Assembly (NCBI GenBank): GCA_038087875.1 | Contig: CM075978.1 | Span: 55,924,001-55,988,000, forward strand | Direction: 5' to 3' | DNA: 64,000 nucleotides | Origin: Malacoraja senta | Taxonomy: Eukaryota | Part shown: positions 1 to 13,285 of the stretch, in pieces | Position numbering within the stretch: the stretch's first letter is position 1 | Layout: each line of letters begins with the position of its first letter | Position numbers and translations under genes: made by a program | Notes under the pieces: model-generated | Seen by the model: the letters and a program-made list of their open reading frames with translations, nothing else | Told to the model about the DNA's origin: nothing | The model's database searches: none

Positions 1-1248
1 GGGGAGGGGAGGAGACAACCAGAGGGCTGATGAAGGGGAGGGGACAGCAAGGGCTAACAGAATTGGGAGAATTCAATGTTCAAGCCCCCAGGATGTAGAC
101 TGCCCAAGCGGAATATGAGGTGCATTTCCTCCAATTTCCGGTGTTGCTCGCTGTGGCCATGGAGGAGACCCAGGACAGAGAGGTCAGATACGGAATGGGA
201 GGGGGAGTTGAAGTGCTGAGCCACCGGGAGGTCAGGTTGGTTATTGCGGACCGACCGGAGGTGTTCGGCGAAACGATCGCCAAGCCTCCGCTTGGTCTCA
301 CCGATGTAGATCAGCTGGCATCTAGAGCAGCGGATGCAATAGATGAGGTTGGAGGAGATGCAGGTGAACCTCTGTCGCACCTGGAACGACTGCTTAGATC
401 CTTGAATGGAGTCGAGGGGGGAGGTGAAGGGACAAGTGTTGCATCTCTTGCGGTTGCAAGGGAAAGTACCCGGGGAGGGAAGGGAAGAATTGACAAGGGA
501 GTTACGGAGGGAGCGGTCTTTGCGGAAGGCAGACATGGGGGGAGATGGGAAGATGTGGCGAGTGGTGGGGTCACGTTGGAGGTGGCGAAACTGACAGAGG
601 ATTACTTGTTGTATGTGACGGCTGGTGGGGTGAAAGGTGAGGACTAGGGGGACTCTGCCCTTGTTGTGAGTGGGGGGATGGGGAGAGAGAGCAGTGTTGC
701 GGGGTATGGCAGAGACCCTGGTGCGAGCCTCATCTATGGTGGAGAAGGGGAACCCCCGTTCCCTGAAAAATGAGGACATTTCAGATGCCCTGGTGTGGAA
801 CGCCTCATCCTGGGAGCAGATGCGGCATAGACGGAGGAATTGGGAGTGGGGGATGGAGTCCTTACAGGAAGCAGGGTGGGAAGAAGTGTAGTCCAGATAG
901 CCATGGGAGTCGGTAGGTTTGTAGTGGATGTCGGTAAGAAGTCTATCACCTGCGATGGAGATAGTGAGGTCAAGGAATGGTAGGGAAGTGTCGGAAATGG
1001 TCCAGGTGTATTTGAGTGCCGGATGGAAGTTGGTGGTGAAGCGGATGAAGTCAGTCAGTTGTGTGTGGGTGCAGGATGTGGCACCAAAACAGTCATCGAT
1101 GTAGCGGAGGTAGAGGTCGGGGATGGGGCCCTGGTACGCATTGAACAAGGATTGTTCTACGTACCCGACAAAGAGGCAGGCGTAGCTGGGGCCCATGCGT
1201 GTGCCCATAGCTACGCCTTGTATTTGGAGGAAATGGGAGGAGTTAAAT
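1..1248 (-). mobile_element. Penelope-like retroelement (Neptune type), 5'-truncated, in a UBR1 intron
   Basis: Open 384-aa frame 54..1208 with RT motifs (MGTRMGPSYA, YLRYIDD, FLDL), Cys-rich linker CNRKRCNTC and GIY-YIG endonuclease (NLIYCIRC...IYIGET). Confidence 0.93.
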
Positions 1249-1377
1249 GATCAGACTGCCACCTTCGATTCCATTATGTGTGTTCGAGTTCTGAAATTGG
1301 TGTTGTTAACCTGTCTGCATCTTTACCTCAAAGGAGGTTTGTAATCAGAAGTGTGAAGTGCAGGCATTGGCTTGCAT

Positions 1378-2178
1378 TAAGGCATAGTAGTAGAATTAGG
1401 CCATTCGGCCCATCAAGTCTACTCCGCCATTCAATCAAGGCTGATCTATCTCTTCCTCCTAACCCCATTCTCCTGCTTTCTCCCCATAACCTCTGACACC
1501 TGTACTCATCAAAAATCTATCTACCGCTGCCTTCAAAATATGCACTGACAGCCTCCACAGCCTTCTGTGGCAAAGAATTCCACTGATTCACCACCCTCTA
1601 GCTAAATAAATTTCTCTTCATCTCCTTCCTAAAAGAACATCCTTTAATTCTGAGGCTAGTCTTAGACTCTCCCATTAGTGGAAACATCCTCTCCACATCC
1701 ACTCTATCCAAGCCTTTCACTATTCTGTATGTTTCAATTAGGTTCCTCCTCATTCTTCTAAAGTCCAGCGAGTACAGGCCCAGGGCCGACAAACACTCAT
1801 CATAACCTACTCATTCCTGGGATCATTCTTGTAAACCACCTTTGGACCCTCGCCAGAGCCAGCACATCCTCAGATATGGTGCCCAAAATTGCTCACAATA
1901 TTCCAAATGCAGCACCTTATTGAGCCTCAGCATTACATCCCTGTTTCTGTATACAAGCCCTCTTGAAATAAATGCTAGCATTGAGTTTTCTTTCTTTACT
2001 ACCGATTCGACTTGCAGATTAACTTTTTGGGAATCCTGTACCAGCACTCCCAAGTCCTTTTACACCTCAGATTTCTGGATTCTCACCCCATTTAGAAAAT
2101 GATTGACTCCACACTTTGCTACACTATATTCCATCTGCCACTTCTCTGCCCACTTTCCCAACCTGTCCAAGTCCTTTC
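1378..2178 (-). mobile_element. CR1 LINE 3' fragment, degenerate
   Basis: Broken frames with CR1 ORF2 C-terminal motifs (HLEYCEQFWAPYL, RRMRRNLIETYRIVKGLDRVD) and a typical 3' UTR. Confidence 0.9.
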
Positions 2179-2769
2179 TGAAAATCTAATTAAACACCAT
2201 CTACTGACTCTCCTTTGTCTGTCCTGCTATTTACTTCTTCAAAGAATTCCAGCAATATCATTGTCCAATATCATTGGAGAAGATGCGGGTTTCTGGGTTG
2301 AGCATCTCCTTCAGGCGGATCGTGCACTGAAACTACTCTGCTACTTGAGTGATCAGATGATTGTTCTGATCTGATCCTGCAAAGGAATCTGATAATCACA
2401 GGGCCAAAAGAGATCATTTGATTCAAAGTATCAATCTGGCGCTTCGGGAGAACGCTTTCTGGTTATGACTCTGCTCATTTTTTGCTTTAAAAAAATCTGC
2501 TTTATGGTTTAGGCCATATTTTCATCTATTATCTTTTGAGGACTGCGTTTAAACCTGCTTCTTCAACATTATTAAACTTTCCAGATAAAAACTATTCACA
2601 ATATTTTTTAAAAAGCACTTTTCCCGAGTCCTGATGCCAAATATGTTAAACCGGTGACTTTTGGATCTTGGCCTTCTTTGCTAATGGGGATGTGTCGAGG
2701 TGAGTGGATTGAGTGCATGTGCAAGATTTAAGTGCTATAACCTGGAACTAATTTCTGCTCTTTCACCAG

Positions 2770-2940
2770 TTGCCCCAGATCATCCGATGATGAGCCCAAG
2801 AATTTTGCCCTCTGCATGTTCTGTGGAGCCATGCTGTGTTCACAGAGTCAGTGCTGCAGGGAAGAAGTGAATGGAGAAGAGTTTGGAGCATGCGCAGCTC
2901 ATGCTATTAACTGTGGGTCCGGTTTGGGAATATTCCTCAG
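2770..2940 (+). CDS. UBR1: UBR1 E3 ubiquitin ligase, third-last coding exon
   Basis: ttcaccag|...|gtatct. Encodes [56 protein letters not shown], the Cys-rich UBR1/2 C-terminal domain; CPRS.DDE and VNGEE resemble UBR1 more than UBR2. Confidence 0.88.
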
Positions 2941-3792
2941 GTATCTTGTTATGCAAACTGATTTGCGTTTAATTAATGGCACAGAGTTATCATGATCATG
3001 TACTACACAAAGAGTTTGTATGCTGTGTTGGTCGCTAGAAAATTATGCTGTTGGTCTATAGATTTCCCATTGCAAATATTGATTAATTTACCCTTTGAAA
3101 GTGGCATTGATCACTGCTTTATCAAAACACTATTTTTCTCATCTCTTTTGATTTGGTTAGTTTAATTGATGGCAGCTCATACACTGCATTCATCCCTGAG
3201 AATGTGTCTTTCATTCCATCCAGTTGAGGAAGTTGATGATAGCCAATGTGCCAGAGAGACAAAGAGCTCTGCAGGTTCAAGGCTCAAGAACCAGTCATGG
3301 CTGGGATGATGGTTGCAATGTTACAGCTAAATCTGTTTGGCCACTGATGGGTCATGTACGGTTCCCACTTGTTAGAATCTATTGACCCATACTGAACAAG
3401 TTTGGCTTACAAGTGTCGCAGTAGCCTACTTATATTTGCAGTTAGGCCCACACACTGACTGTAGACCAAGGATTTGAGGGATCAGTGATCAATCAGGGCC
3501 TACAGAAACCAAACTCCAGCATCGTAGGGAGACTGACAGCACATCCCAGGATCTGAGGGACCATTCTTTTAATCGCTCAAACCTGGACTTTACCACAAGC
3601 TCTTCCCTAAATGTAACAGTCAGATGAGTAAGGAATCCAAGCTACCAAATCAAATTAAAGCTCATGCAAATAAATGATAAAGTGGAAGTTACTTTACCTA
3701 TTGCGACATTGCAAGCAAATTGGAGAGTTTGCGTCTGACAACATCTTCAGGCAGTAGGATATCAGAATATTTGTTACCTTTCCACCCACCAG

Positions 3793-3894
3793 GATACGGG
3801 AGTGTCAGGTGTTGCTGCTGGCAGGAAAGAACAGAGGATGTTTCATACCTGCTCCATACCTGGACGATTACGGAGAGACTGACCAGTTGCTCAG
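3793..3894 (+). CDS. UBR1: UBR1 penultimate coding exon (102 bp)
   Basis: ccaccag|...|gtatga. Encodes (R)[33 protein letters not shown](R); phase-compatible with both flanking exons. Confidence 0.9.
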
Positions 3895-4194
3895 GTATGA
3901 TTATTGCTAAGAAATGTATTTGGTAGCATTGAATTGTTTGTACAGCCAGTTGATATCTTTCCAAGCAATGACCTTTTCTGAATCTGTGCTATCAGGGACT
4001 ATAATGGATACTGCAGAGTAATTGGATTCCATAAAAGTTATCAATGGATGTTATAGTTCATTGGGATCGAAGTAGGGATGCTGTGACCGGAAAGAGTAGT
4101 ATTAATAGCTGAAGATTTGATGCATCAAGAGTAGACATCACTTACTCACTTTTCCTCCATCTACCTGGAGCAGAAACTAATTATTTATTAAGGA

Positions 4195-5850
4195 ATTATT
4201 GGAAAGGTCGCATAGAAAACAAAAAGTTGGTATAAATGGGTCATTTTCAAACTAGAGGGAGGTAACTTGTGCAGTATCTCAGGGATTGGTTCTAGACCTT
4301 TAATGGTTTACAATTTCTATCAGCGACCTGGAGGAGGGAACAAAACGTACGGTTTACAAGAGTGCTGACGATACAAAAATAATGGAAGGGCATGTTTATT
4401 AAGAACATGTGTCTATACAACAGGATATAAATGGATTGGGAGATTGTTCAAAACTTGACAAATGGAGCTCAATGCTGAGAAGATTGAGGTCATGCACTTC
4501 AGTAAGAGGATGGCAGTTACCTAAGTGGAGAGAGACTGCAAGTGAGTGAAGCTCAGAGGAAGCAGGCGTTCTCTTGAATGAATCACACAAAGTAAGCAGG
4601 CAGATCTAACAAGGCAAATGGCATGTAGTCTTTTATTGGAAAACTGTTTGGAGATTAAAAATAGGGAGATTTTATTATAGTTGTACGGGAACTTGGTGAG
4701 GCCATGCCTGGAGTGCTATGGAGACACAAACTGCTGATGCTGGAATCTGGAGCAAAAAAACAAATTGCTGGACGAACCCAGCGGGTCAAGCAGCGTCTGT
4801 TGAAACTCCCTTCTCATTTCACACCTCCTACCTTGTGATCTTATAGAGGTGTATAAAATAATGAGGGGAATAGATGGGATGAATGCACATGGGCTTTTAC
4901 CCATGGAAGAGGAATCAAGAACCAGCAGACAAAGGCTTAAGGTAAGAGGGACAAGATTCAATAGGTGCCTCAGGGGCAAAGTTTTCACTAAGAGGGTGGC
5001 CGATATATGGAACGAGCTGCCTGAAGATATAGTTGAGACAGACACTACTATAGCATTGAAATTGACAGGTCCTTGGATAGGAAAAGTTTAGAGAAATATG
5101 GAACAAATGTGAGCACATGGGACAAACTTAGTTGGAGCATCTTGGTCAGCATGGACGAGTTGGCCAAAGAACCTGTTTCTCTATTGTATTGACTCAAAAA
5201 TTACTCTATGACTTCCACTTCTTTATCTAGAGGGCTATCTTTCTTCCACTGTCCTGATGCAGGGTTTCAACCCAAAACTTTGACCAGACCTTTGCATCCA
5301 CAGATGCTGTCTTGTCTGCTGAGTTCCCCCAGTGTTTTGTACTTGTTAAACTGTACATAGTTTTGGACCCTTTATCTAAGAAAGGGTACATTAGTATAGG
5401 GAGATTTCCAAAGCAGATTCACCAGGCCCTTGCCTGGGGTTGTCGCATCGAGAGGCAGAATGGTTTGGATCTGTATTCCTTGAAGTTTAGAAAAAACAAA
5501 GGATGACCCCATTCAAATACAAGATTCTTAGAAGGTTTCACAGGAAAGATATTGCGATGTTCTCATTCATGGAAGGGGTTATAAACATAGTTATAAGATA
5601 AGAGGTGGATCATTTAAAACCAAGGTGTATTGACATTTCTTTTCTCAGGGTGGTGAATCTCTAGAATGTTTTGCCCCTACGTACGTTGGAAGCCAGATCA
5701 TCACAAACATTTTAGGTGGATATAGATATTTGAAAGATTGTGCGTTATGGGGATCTAGCAGAGAGGAGTTGAGGCAGGCATAGATCAGCCATAGTCATTT
5801 TGAATGATGGGCAGGCTTGAGGGCCCAGTGGCCTACTTCTATTTTCTTGT
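4195..5850 (+). mobile_element. Old CR1 fragments with nested younger CR1 and Penelope-derived short pieces
   Basis: Degenerate RT/C-terminal motifs (YKIMRGID..., RVADIWNELP) and CR1 3' UTR-like ends. Confidence 0.7.
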
Positions 5851-6666
5851 AATCTTTTTCCTTGCTAGAGCTTGGAACAGTGTGTGTGTTTCAGGGGTCT
5901 GGTGTAAATGATTCCAAGCTACCCAAATCACACTTAGTCCTACTTTGTTACTGTAATAATGCCAATCTTTGCCCTCCAATGCTGTAACCCAGGGCAGGGA
6001 GGTTGGCAGGGAAGACTGCCTAAGCTTAGTGGTTGAGGCAGACGTTGTTTTGATAACTTGGAGAGCAGTAACAGGGCCAAGGATGGAGCCAGAAAGTTAT
6101 TTGATTTGGTAGCCTTTCTTCAACCAGCATGGGCTAAACAGCATCCATCTATAGATTCTGCATCTGTCCCTTTAAGCTGTCCAGCATACGTCCAGTAATG
6201 AATCAGCAGAAACTTCCTATGGCTATATGGAATGAAGGCATTGTCTATGAACAGTCTCACAACCATCGCCTGATAATTCCTGGATCAATCCTTCTCTCTG
6301 GCACTGTCTGAAACTGAATAACATTGCATGTCATTCTTGACCATCTGAGGCTTAGACCTAATTTTCATTCCCTCACCAGGGCCACCATTTTCCACTCCTT
6401 ATAACATTTCTTGCATCAGTTCATCTGCTGAGTTATCAGTTTCATCAAAACGATTGTTGACTGTCCAGTCAACTTATTCCAGTTGATAATTAGGCAACAC
6501 CAGCATTATGAAGGATTACATTTGCTTCATTCTTGGATTGCAAAAGTCCTGTCAGGCTGGTTGAAGACTTTGTGGAACCAATGTCTTCATGTCTCGTTGC
6601 CTCCTTTGCCACCTGAATCTTCCAGTACACTCCTGAATAGCCTCCTTTCCTTTATCTCTATCTCTT

Positions 6667-7111
6667 CTCTATATATAACTAAAATATTTTGTCTTGTTTG
6701 TGCCCACGATGTGTCTCTGTGTCAATCTGGTTAATTCCTATCTTCTTCCAAACGCTAGGCATCACAGCATTACCATTATTACACATCCTACTCACATTTT
6801 TCCCGTGGTGGCGATAAACATCTTCCGTCGCATTTCTACCTATATTTCCGAAGTTATTCATCGTTGAAAGTTTTAAAACATCCCGATATCTTCCAACTCA
6901 CCCATTTTGGGAAAAATAATCCGAGTGACGTCACAATGCACTCGCAAGGCAGGACGGGCCACTCTGGGAGGGAGGGTCACTCCAGCGCTCCAAACCCCCC
7001 TCCCTCCACCACCCCCTCTCCCCCCCCCAAACTCTTGTTCTTCCAATCTGATCACCTAATATTTCTAGAGGAAAAATTATCTTCCCGCTCCGAACCGGAT
7101 CCATTAGTAGT
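6667..7111 (+). mobile_element. Possible non-autonomous Helitron
   Basis: Begins TCTATATATAACTAAAA and ends with a GC-rich subterminal segment (cccgctccgaaccgga) followed by ..TAGT. CpG-rich relative to its flanks; no TSD or TIR. Confidence 0.4.
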
Positions 7112-7290
7112 TCTGTCGTATTTTTATTTATGTCATTTTGTTTTCTATTTCTGCAACTGCAATCCCGTTGTATTCATGTGGATTATCTCCTTGCAATAAT
7201 AACATCTTTCACCTGAAAACTTGAGAATATGAAGTCTTGTACAATTACTATTTCCAGAGATTTAATGAATTTGGATACTTTTTCTTAAAG

Positions 7291-7426
7291 GAGAGGCAAT
7301 CCATTGCATCTGTGTACCGAACGATACAAGAAGCTCCAGCAACTGTGGCTTCAGCACCGCATTCTCGAAGAGATCACGAGGAATCAAGATGCGAACCAAA
7401 TAATCTTTGATTGGCAACAGTTCTGA
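7291..7426 (+). CDS. UBR1: UBR1 terminal coding exon
   Basis: tttcttaaag| then [47 protein letters not shown], matching the UBR1/2 C-terminus. Confidence 0.92.
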
Positions 7427-8830
7427 ATCATTGACACAAACACGTTTGGGCACCTTGCGGTTTTTATCACGTCAGTGACTATTTTCTCAGAGCTGATTAA
7501 ACTGATGTGAGCTGCTTCTAATCTGCTGTGAAGGTAATCTAGTTACATTGCAGCCAGCTCATACCAGCAAGGAAGCCAATGACTTTCTGTTTTCTGGCCT
7601 CATACACTCTTTTTAAAATGGAATACCCTTGACCATAGTTCTTACATGGAAACCTTGGTGTAGAAAAGGAAAAGTAATCGGAGAGTGAAGTTAGAAATTT
7701 TAATTGATGGATATATTTCTTCCAGTTCCCATGCTTCCCCTTCACTGCCTTTGTTATGTAAATCACTTTCTGCTGTGTAAACCAGCCCTAGAAAGGTCAG
7801 AGTAGTCAAAGTTGCTGATATTTTATTTGGTGCCTATTGTAGAACAGTTGAAGTAGGATAAGGCTGTGTACATTTGAAGCCGCAGTGATCAGAACCATTC
7901 ATGCCACTCCATCTTGCTTAAGTTTAACTTTTTTTTTAAATTACAATGCTTAACTATGTTCAGGATGCATCAGGGATCTGGAGAAGCATATTGTGATCAC
8001 AGAATTGAGATCTCCTATAAAATTCTGCTTTGTTTCATTATTTTGATCCATGTAATTGACATCAGACAGAAGTCAATGCTAATTGACAAATGCTGTATTT
8101 GATTTTGCTCATTTTATTTCTGAAAATAATGTTATTTTGAGAATGCAGACATTATTTTACATTCTTGAATGTATTGCAGGGTGATAAGGACATTAGAACA
8201 TAATAGCAGGAGGCAGGCATCTGCCTCCCCCCCCACCAACCCCCCCTCCCCATTTGTTGCCTCATTCGTAAGACCCTCTTTGATTCTGTTCTAACAACGC
8301 AAGCTTATTTCAGTCAGTTAAAGTTTAAAATAAGTGTGGATAATAAACTAAACTATTGAAGAGGAGCTAATATGTATCTTATTATCAAATATTAAACATG
8401 AAAACTTTCAGAGAGTGGATACTGCTGTATTGAATTTGTGAGTGCTTAAAAGTCTGCCCAGTTGCTGAAAGTTCTGTGTAAAAGTATATTTGGTGACAAA
8501 ATACAATGGAAGTTGTATGTGCCTGCCCTATTTCATATGGTGCTTTACTGTGAATCGCAATTAATTGTGATGCTCTTTAGCACGGTGAAAGCAGAATTGT
8601 TGGAACAAGGGAGATTTTTACCCACTCCCAGGTTCAACTGATATAAGTATCTGATTTTCCATCTGTTTCTGTATTAAGGGGACCGTGTGACCTAGTACTA
8701 GTTCTGCCAAGTTTCAACAGATATTTTATAAAGTTAAATACAAATGAAGAATGTATCAAATGCAGTGTATTTTCTGTTTTTATTTTTGGGGTGGGACTGT
8801 ACAATAAATGACATGATTACTAAATAATAG
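7427..8830 (+). other. UBR1: Probable UBR1 3' UTR with candidate poly(A) signals
   Basis: AT-rich, repeat-poor sequence after the stop codon; AATAAA at 8342 and 8803, the latter followed by GT-rich sequence. Confidence 0.55.
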
Positions 8831-10969
8831 CCCTGTGGTGTATGCATTTTTACATTGGTGAGTTATCAGTGATCCATTTGATGTGTTATAACAGTCATGC
8901 TGTCATGAACATTGGTGGTAAGAACATAGTGAGCTGTCGTTTTAAGATTTTTAGCCACTGATCAGTGCACGCTGATTTAAAACCGAAGTCATTGTTTTTG
9001 GGTGAAATTCGGTAGCATTTAAGGAACTGCTTAAAGCCTTAGTGAAATCTGGAAATGCATAGGAGGTGGAAGGGAATTGTTGGCAGCCGGTCTGATGACA
9101 GTTGCTGATAGTTCACGTTTGAATCACTGCCCTGTAAATTAACTTCTGTGCCCACAGTTCCAGCCTTTCACGTGTGTGCTTTGAGCACCAATTACAATTC
9201 CAGTCTGAGTTAGTTTGTTATTGAGAAATGGGGCGTTTAGCTCAGCAGCGTCACTAACCTGAATCCAGTTACGTGTCTTTTGATCAAAGTTGCCACAACC
9301 ACGTTCTTTGTGGAGTTACAAACTCGTAGAAGTGGACTGATGCAGTGGCCCAGAGAGTCCAACCAGTCTGGGTTCCCTGGAAAACACCAAAGCTACCCAG
9401 AAATTATGGAATATAAACAGGAATGGCTGGTAAGTCCAGTAGGAGGCACAGCATCTGCGGAAAGAGAAAAACAAGTAATTGGAGCGTGCCAGTGATTACA
9501 CAGCAGGCACTCAAAAGCTGAAACATAAGCTGCTGTATGCTGGATATTTCCCACGTATTTTTATTTCAGATTATTCTGTATCTATTCCGGCATTTTTTTC
9601 TTTGTTTCTTCCTCCTCTGGTTTCCATCTGCTTACATTTCGTGACAGATTAGCTGCCAGTAACAACCTTTACTGCCCTCTCAGACAGCACCGGTCGACAT
9701 TACCAATTTTCTCTTGGATGTCTCCTTTATCGTATAGATAGGGTGAATGCACAGTCCTTTTCCCAGGGTGGTGGAATCAAGAATCAGAGGACATAGGTTT
9801 AAGGTGAGAGGGAAAAGGCTTAATGAGAACCTGAGGGCAACTTTTTTTATATGGAAGGTAGTGAGTATATGGAACAAGCTGCCAGAGGAAGTTGACAGGG
9901 ACGACATGATGGGCAAATAAGACTAGCTTAGATGGGGCAAAAAATGGAAATGCAGATGCTGATTTATACCCAAGATGGACGCAAAATGCTGAGTAACACC
10001 AGGCAGCATTTCTGGACAAAATGAATATGTGATGTTTTCGGCCGGGTCTCTTCTTTAGACCTTCAGCTTAGATGGGCATCTTGGTCGACATGGACGAGGT
10101 GGATCAACGTGTCCATTTCCAGTGCATTACCCATGCTTGCTGGGTAAGTGGCTGCTTCTAGTTGAGCCTGAGTCGGTGTGCAAAGTCGCTTGTTCTAGGA
10201 CGTAGGCGGGTGCGTCCACTGGTCCAGAATTTTGTGCGTTTCAGTGAGATTTCTTGCTCTTCTGAACTCTAAATAATACGCTGCCCAGTCTATTTGATGT
10301 AGCAAACTTGCTTTCTGTGGTAGCAGTCAAGTGAACTCGCTCTATGCCATATATATCCTTTGGTTTGGGTCAGGTGACTGAAACCTCACCCAACAATCCA
10401 TTTTCAGATCCTGCAGTGGTGCCAAAAAGTTAAATTCCATTTGCCATTCCTTTGCCCACCTTTCCAAATGATCTGAAATCTGTTGATAATTTAGATATCC
10501 TTCCTTATGACTAATGGCCTTAAGACCTCACAGTCAAATGTTGGTGTCATTTGCAAATGTATGTATAATGTTAACACATTGTCATCATCCAAACAATGAA
10601 TGAATAAACAAACAACAGGAGACCAAACACCGGGCCCTTTGACACATCGTTGTCGCAGGTCCCTCATCAGATAAAACAACCCTCCACAACGACCCTTTGA
10701 CTCCTTCCTTCAAGTCAAATTTGAATCCATTGGCCAGCTCACCTTAGATTTCATTAAAACTAACCTACACCATCATGTGAGACTTTGTGGTCTATATGGA
10801 CACTGCCCTGTCCTCATCAATACTTTTTGGGACCTCTTCAAAATAAACTCTTGGATTTGTGAGACACGATTTCCCACAAACGCAGCCATGCTGACTATCT
10901 TCCAAAACAGTCCATGCCTATTCACATACAGGTAGACCCTGACCCCAGGAATCCCCTGCAATACCTTTC

Positions 10970-13100
10970 ATAAGGTCATAAGTGATAGGAGTAGAATTAG
11001 GCCACTCAGCCCATCAGGTCTACTCCGCCATTCAATCATGGCTGATCTATCTCTCCTTCCTAACTCCATTCTCCTGCCTTCTCCTCATAACCTCTGACAC
11101 CTGTACGTATCATGAATCTATCTCTGCCTTAAAAATATCCACTGACTTGGCCTCCACAGCCTGCTGTGGCAAAGTATTCCACAGATTCACCACCCTCTGA
11201 CTAAATAAATTTCTGCTCAACTCCTTCCTAAAAGAACGTCCTTTAATTCTGAGGCTATGACCTCTAGTCCTATACTCCCCCACTGGTGGAAACATCCTCT
11301 CCACATCCACTCTATCCAAGCCTTTCACTATTCTGTATGTTTCAATGAGGTCCCCCTTCATTCTTCTAAACGGCCCAGTGCCGACAAATACTCATCATAG
11401 ATTAACCTCCTCATTCCTGGGATCATTCTTGTAAACCTCCACTGGACCCTCTCCTGAGCCAGCACATCCTTGGTGCCCAAAATTGCCCACAATATTCCAA
11501 ATGCGGCCTTACCAGCACCTTATAGAGCCTCAACATTACATCCCTGTTTTTGTACACAAGCGCTCTTGAAATAAATGCTAGCATTGAGTTTGCTTTCTTT
11601 TTTTTTTTTTTACAATTTTTTTATTAGAAGCAAGTACATAATAAAAACATTTCATATATATCAATCATACATTGCAAATATTATCAATTATTTAATAACT
11701 CTGCTTCTATTATTTTTTTTAATATAGATAGAAAATAATAAAGAGAAAGAAAAAAAAAGCATGGTAAAAAAAAGAATGGAATAAGTTACTAATACTACAA
11801 CATTGGAGATAGGTTTGAAGATTATTAAGTATAACTTTTCATCTAATCCTGAGCTCGAGCTTCTGTCAGTTTTCCGTGCCGAACCATTCTACCCCTTCAA
11901 ATAGTCGATAAATGGAGACCATATTCTGACAAAAAGTTCTTGTTTGTCCATTAAGACAAGTCTAATTCTTTCCAAATGTAAGGTCTCCGACATTTCCATA
12001 ATCCACATTTTAATTGTAGGAGTTATAGGGCCTTTCCAAAATTTTAATATTAATTTTTTCCCAGTTATTATACTGTAGTCGAGAAAGTTTCTTTGGCTGT
12101 AGTAAGTGTTAGGCTTTGTTCTGATATTCCTAATATTATTAGTTTTGAGTCGGGATCCAATTGGGTGTTGACAACTTCTGAAATTATTTTTAAAATTTCC
12201 GTCCAATTTTTTTTAAATTTTTATACAATTTACAAATGTGTGAGTTAAATTAGCCTCTAAATGCTGACATTTTTCACGTAGGAGATGTGTGGGAAGATTC
12301 TATTTAATTTAGTTTTTGAGTAATGTAACCTATGTAATATTTTAAATTGTATTAAAGAGTGGCATTTAACGAGCATTGATGTATATGTTGTAAACTTTCG
12401 TCCCAAATATCTTTCATTATTGGTTGTCCTAGTTCATTTTCCCAGGTTTGCCTATATAATTCCGTCGGTGGTGCCTCACTGTCTAATAGGATATTATAGA
12501 TATAAGATATTAATTTATCTGTATTAGGATGTTTATTCAAACATTCATCAAGAATTTCGGAATCTCTAGTTCTGCAGTCTTGTGTATTTGATTTAACAAA
12601 ATCTCTAAGTTGTAGATATCTTAAATAGTCATTGAGTGGAGTCCATAAGTTTGTTGTAATTCCTGAAATGAAAGAAAGGTACCTTTCCTATAGAGATGAC
12701 CCATCTTCTTAATTCCTTGATTTTTCCATTGTGAAAAACCTTTGTCCAACATTGAAGGTTTAAATGCAGGGTTGTTTACAATGGGGAGAGAGAGTGATAA
12801 ATTATCCAATTTTAAAGTCTTTTTTAATTGCTTCCAAATTTGTATACCACTGTGTTTGCTTTCTTTACTAGCAATTCGAATTACATATTAATTTTTTGGG
12901 AATCTTGCACCAGCACTCCCAAGTCCCTTTGCACCTCGATTTCTGGAGTCTCTCCCCATTTAGAAAATAGTCTACATCTTTATTTCCACTACCAAAATGC
13001 ATGGCTCCACACTTTGCTACACTATATTCCATCTGCCACTTCTCTACCCACTCTCCCAACCTGTCCAAGTCCTTCTGCAGAATCCCTGCTTTCTCTACAC
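10970..13100 (-). mobile_element. CR1 LINE 3' part, split by an L1 insertion
   Basis: KGDLIETYRIVKGLDRVDVERMFP (11110-11361) and DRLGEWVEKWQMEYSVAKC (12868-13068) are collinear CR1 pieces. Confidence 0.9.
11601..12853 (-). mobile_element. L1-clade LINE 3' fragment with poly(A) tail and TSD
   Basis: Poly(T) at 11598-11611; gtttgctttcttt duplicated at 11588-11600 and 12854-12866; L1 ORF2 C-terminal peptides (KKLILKFWK, LHLERIR, IWSPFIDYL). Confidence 0.85.
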
Positions 13101-13285
13101 TACCTTTCTCACCACCGGCGTCAGGATCATCGGCCTGCCGTTCCCTGCCTTGTCTTTCCTGTCCGTAAATAACAGTACAATATTAGCCATGCTCCATTCT
13201 GGCTAAAGATGATACAAATATCTCTGCAAAGGTCACAACCGTTTCCCGGCTTCCCACACTTTCCAGTGATGTGCTTCATTCTAAT

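Noticed and set aside
120-647. 175-aa and 199-aa (33126..33725) + strand ORFs
   Set aside because: Antisense shadows of the Penelope ORF.
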